Of a stretch of 64,000 bases of DNA, positions 61,235-64,000 are shown in pieces. The stretch is from Haliotis rubra. Lineage: Eukaryota. Under the pieces are notes generated by a model, which saw only the letters and a list, made by a program, of their open reading frames with translations, was not told where the DNA came from and did not search any database. The translations under genes were made by a program, and so were the position numbers. The DNA is taken from the NCBI RefSeq assembly GCF_003918875.1, contig NW_025765159.1, forward strand, positions 1,984,001 to 2,048,000, written 5' to 3'. Each line of letters starts with the position of its first letter. Position 1 is the first letter of the stretch.

Positions 61235-63087
61235 TGAGTATATCCGGGTCGGAATAGCTCTGCAGAGTATAATACAGCTTATTGTAGCGAAAGCGTCCAT
61301 AAATGCAGTCCACGCTCAAAGAGCAACACTAATCTAACAGCAAAATGTTTCTCTGAACAGATACGTCTAAAGGTCAGATCTGAAATTGGGTGATAGTCTT
61401 ATTTGAAGAATGTTCAAACGTTGGGGACCAGTTGTGCTGAAAGGTTTGGAGCCATAGGCTCCCCAGATAGCATTCAGACCTTGGCCCAACGCTGGCAAGG
61501 GTTTTGCCAACACTGCCAACTTTGGGGTAACGTCCGAATGCCATCTGGGTCAGAGTTTGTAGTAAGGAGTGAGTTTAGTTTTACGCCGCACTCAGCAGTA
61601 TTGCAGCTGTATGGCGGCTTGCAGCTGTAAGGAAGATTCAGTTGTGTTGAGTTCTCTGACAAAGCGTTTTCTATGGATTGTATTGGTGAATATACTGTTG
61701 GTCAAGCTACCTCCTAATGACCAGACTGGACTGTGTTAGATCATCTTGCTAAATCTGTATGTTTGGAGACTGCGGCGTAAACCATCATCATCATCATCAT
61801 CACCAACAACACAGACAACAAACAGAAAAACCAGAACAACATTAAAACATTAAAACCATGAACGAAAACAAAGAGGTAATTTAGATCGATTATCCCCAAG
61901 ATCTCTCGGGGAGATTCCCACATTGGTGGTTTTTTGTTAGTGCATATGGAAGTGTATGTCAGTTTTCCATTAATACATTTGCAGATCAAAGTCCACCAAG
62001 CTTGCACGGCCCGACCCCACAAGGAACGCTCCTTTGCCCCTGCCCAGAACTCTCTACCCACCCGCATCACGTAAGGCAACCCATAGCTCTAAGCATAAAC
62101 AAACAGAGGCATGCAAATGGCTGAAGAGGTCCATGCAATGATTTCCGATCTTCGTTATCCGCCTTCCGCCTTCGCCTCACGCTCACCTGAAGCTTACAAT
62201 GACGGGTAATTGTGTTTATCAAGTGTTTTATTTCATTCGAGCCTCGCCATTGACCCGGCGACGTGTTTAACGGGCTCGAATGGAATATTCGATTGACATT
62301 GTTCGGTTTCATGAAAGTCCAGACTGCCGATTTCTCAGTTGTAGCGATGTACGGAGCTTCTGTCACATGGCATTTTCTCTCATTTGTGACATCACACGTG
62401 ATGTTCGGAGCTGCCATCATGCTGATTTCAAGGTTTGCGGCTATTTGGAGCGTGTCTATTCTAAGACGTGACACTGTTTGGAGTTTCTGTTAAGTGTCGA
62501 TTGCTTCGTTGTGACATAGTGGCGATGTTTGAAGTAGCTCGCTCGAGCAGTATTCGGTGTCAAGTTAATGTCTGTGAATCGATAGCGTGTGAAGCTGATC
62601 CTACCGTTAATAATAATCTAAACAACAACTCACGAGCTACATCATATCAGGACTGATTAATTATTTCTGGGGGGGGATCGGGTTTAATAACATATGTTAT
62701 TATTTCGTCATTAATTTATATATTTTTAAATATATAATAAGATTACAAATATCAACGCTTTTCCAATCCTACCACGACAAATAATTATGTTTAGTTGTGG
62801 CCTATTTATAGGCCAAGTACTTATGTCTTCGTAGTAGCGAAGATCGAGGTAAGAAATACTTGTAAAAGGCGACTAACGGGATCAGGTGGACAGTCTCGCA
62901 GACTTGGTCCATACATGTCATCGTATCTCAATTCCGTAGTTCGATGCTCATTATATCAATCACTGGATTGTCTAGTCCAGACTTCATTATTTACAGAGGT
63001 TATATGGTTGGAATAATGCTGAGCGTGGCGTTAAACAACAACAACAACAACAACGACAACCAGCAGTCCGCACTTCAACATCAACTA

Positions 63088-63610
63088 TAGTCTGTTTGCA
63101 GTGAAAACGTACCGATATATGTCACTTTATACCAAACATATAATATTATAAACAAATAAAGTGAAATTAAGACTGCAAATCCTCATGATTTTACCTTGAC
63201 CAATTGAACATTTCAATCTCAGAATTTTATTCGACTTAGGATAAAAGTTGTTTAACAAACGATCATAGTTTCACATGGCTATTATTCGTTTTGTATTACA
63301 AGGGGGTATGCACATCAAATGAAACACCGAAAACGACAAGGGTTGTTATAAGTTAACGCTCTTCACGTATCGCACGTGCATTTGTTTCACTGTTCCAACT
63401 ACCCCCTTTTAATACAAACCAGTAATAGCGATTTAGATCTATGATCGTTTGTTAAACAACTTTTATCCTAATTTGAATAAAAGTTTGAGATTTAAATGTT
63501 CAATTGGCAAGGTAAAATTATGAGGATTCGCAATCTTAATTTCACTTTATTTGATTTACTTTTTTGTTTAAAGTGAAATTCATCGGTACGTTTTCACTGC
63601 AAACAGACTA
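63088..63610. mobile_element. Fold-back MITE, same family as 9366-9872, opposite orientation
   Basis: TAGTCTGTTTGCAGTGAAAACGTACCGAT TIR, TA flanks, ~200-bp arms. Confidence 0.88.
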
Positions 63611-63733
63611 TAATCTTGTGTGGGGAAACGCTCCGTTGCCTGCGTGACGTTAATAGCTGCAGTAACATTTATAATACCTATTACCACTTGCCTCTGATTT
63701 AGACCAGACAAATGTGATCACTCAGTACATTCT

Positions 63734-63900
63734 GGGGGCGATGGGGTAGCCTAGTGGTTAAAGCGTTCGCTCGTCACACCGAATGCCCGGGTTCGATTCC
63801 CCACATTGGCACAATGTGTGAAAGCTCATTTCTGGTGTTCCCCGCCGTGATAGTGCAGGAATATTGCTAAAGCGGCGTAAAACCCAACTCACTCACTCAC
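63734..63900 (+). mobile_element. SINE family A copy
   Basis: Full head, body and (ACTC)n tail. Confidence 0.88.
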
Positions 63901-64000
63901 ATTCCAGAATGAAACAGACGGGTGATACAGAACGTTCTGTCCTGGTGGTGACAAGTGACGACTCAGTATATTCCAGGATGGACCAGACGGGTAATACGGA

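Overview
AT-rich, repeat-dense eukaryotic DNA from a draft assembly with one 191-N gap. The repeat families (V-domain SINEs, Nin/Deu-like SINE, HINE-like elements) suggest a mollusc, possibly a gastropod such as abalone; this is an inference. Only one protein-coding gene is well supported: a three-exon THEM6-like hotdog-fold thioesterase on the + strand (7115-7259, 8190-8401, 12082-12318; 197 aa, GT-AG introns with consistent phases). The rest is mostly transposable elements and tandem repeats: at least four SINE-like families sharing a covarying 3' stem-loop, a 5S-derived SINE, decayed Tc1/mariner copies, PIF/Harbinger-, MULE- and HINE-like non-autonomous elements, Penelope-like remnants (GIY-YIG fragment, minimal hammerhead) and 24-, 50-, 76- and 171-bp tandem arrays. 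The best leads are: (i) a 1291-bp insertion in THEM6 intron 2, visible as both filled and empty site, with no real TSD and an internal inverted copy of its own end-to-end junction (DIRS/Crypton-like); (ii) an abundant SINE-like family with no tRNA head whose fixed 5' end folds into a covarying stem plus possible pseudoknot; (iii) a composite SINE that captured sequence also present 12 kb away. No prokaryotic systems or CRISPR arrays are supported. Most ORFs in the supplied track are translations of repeats. Coordinates of decayed repeats are approximate.
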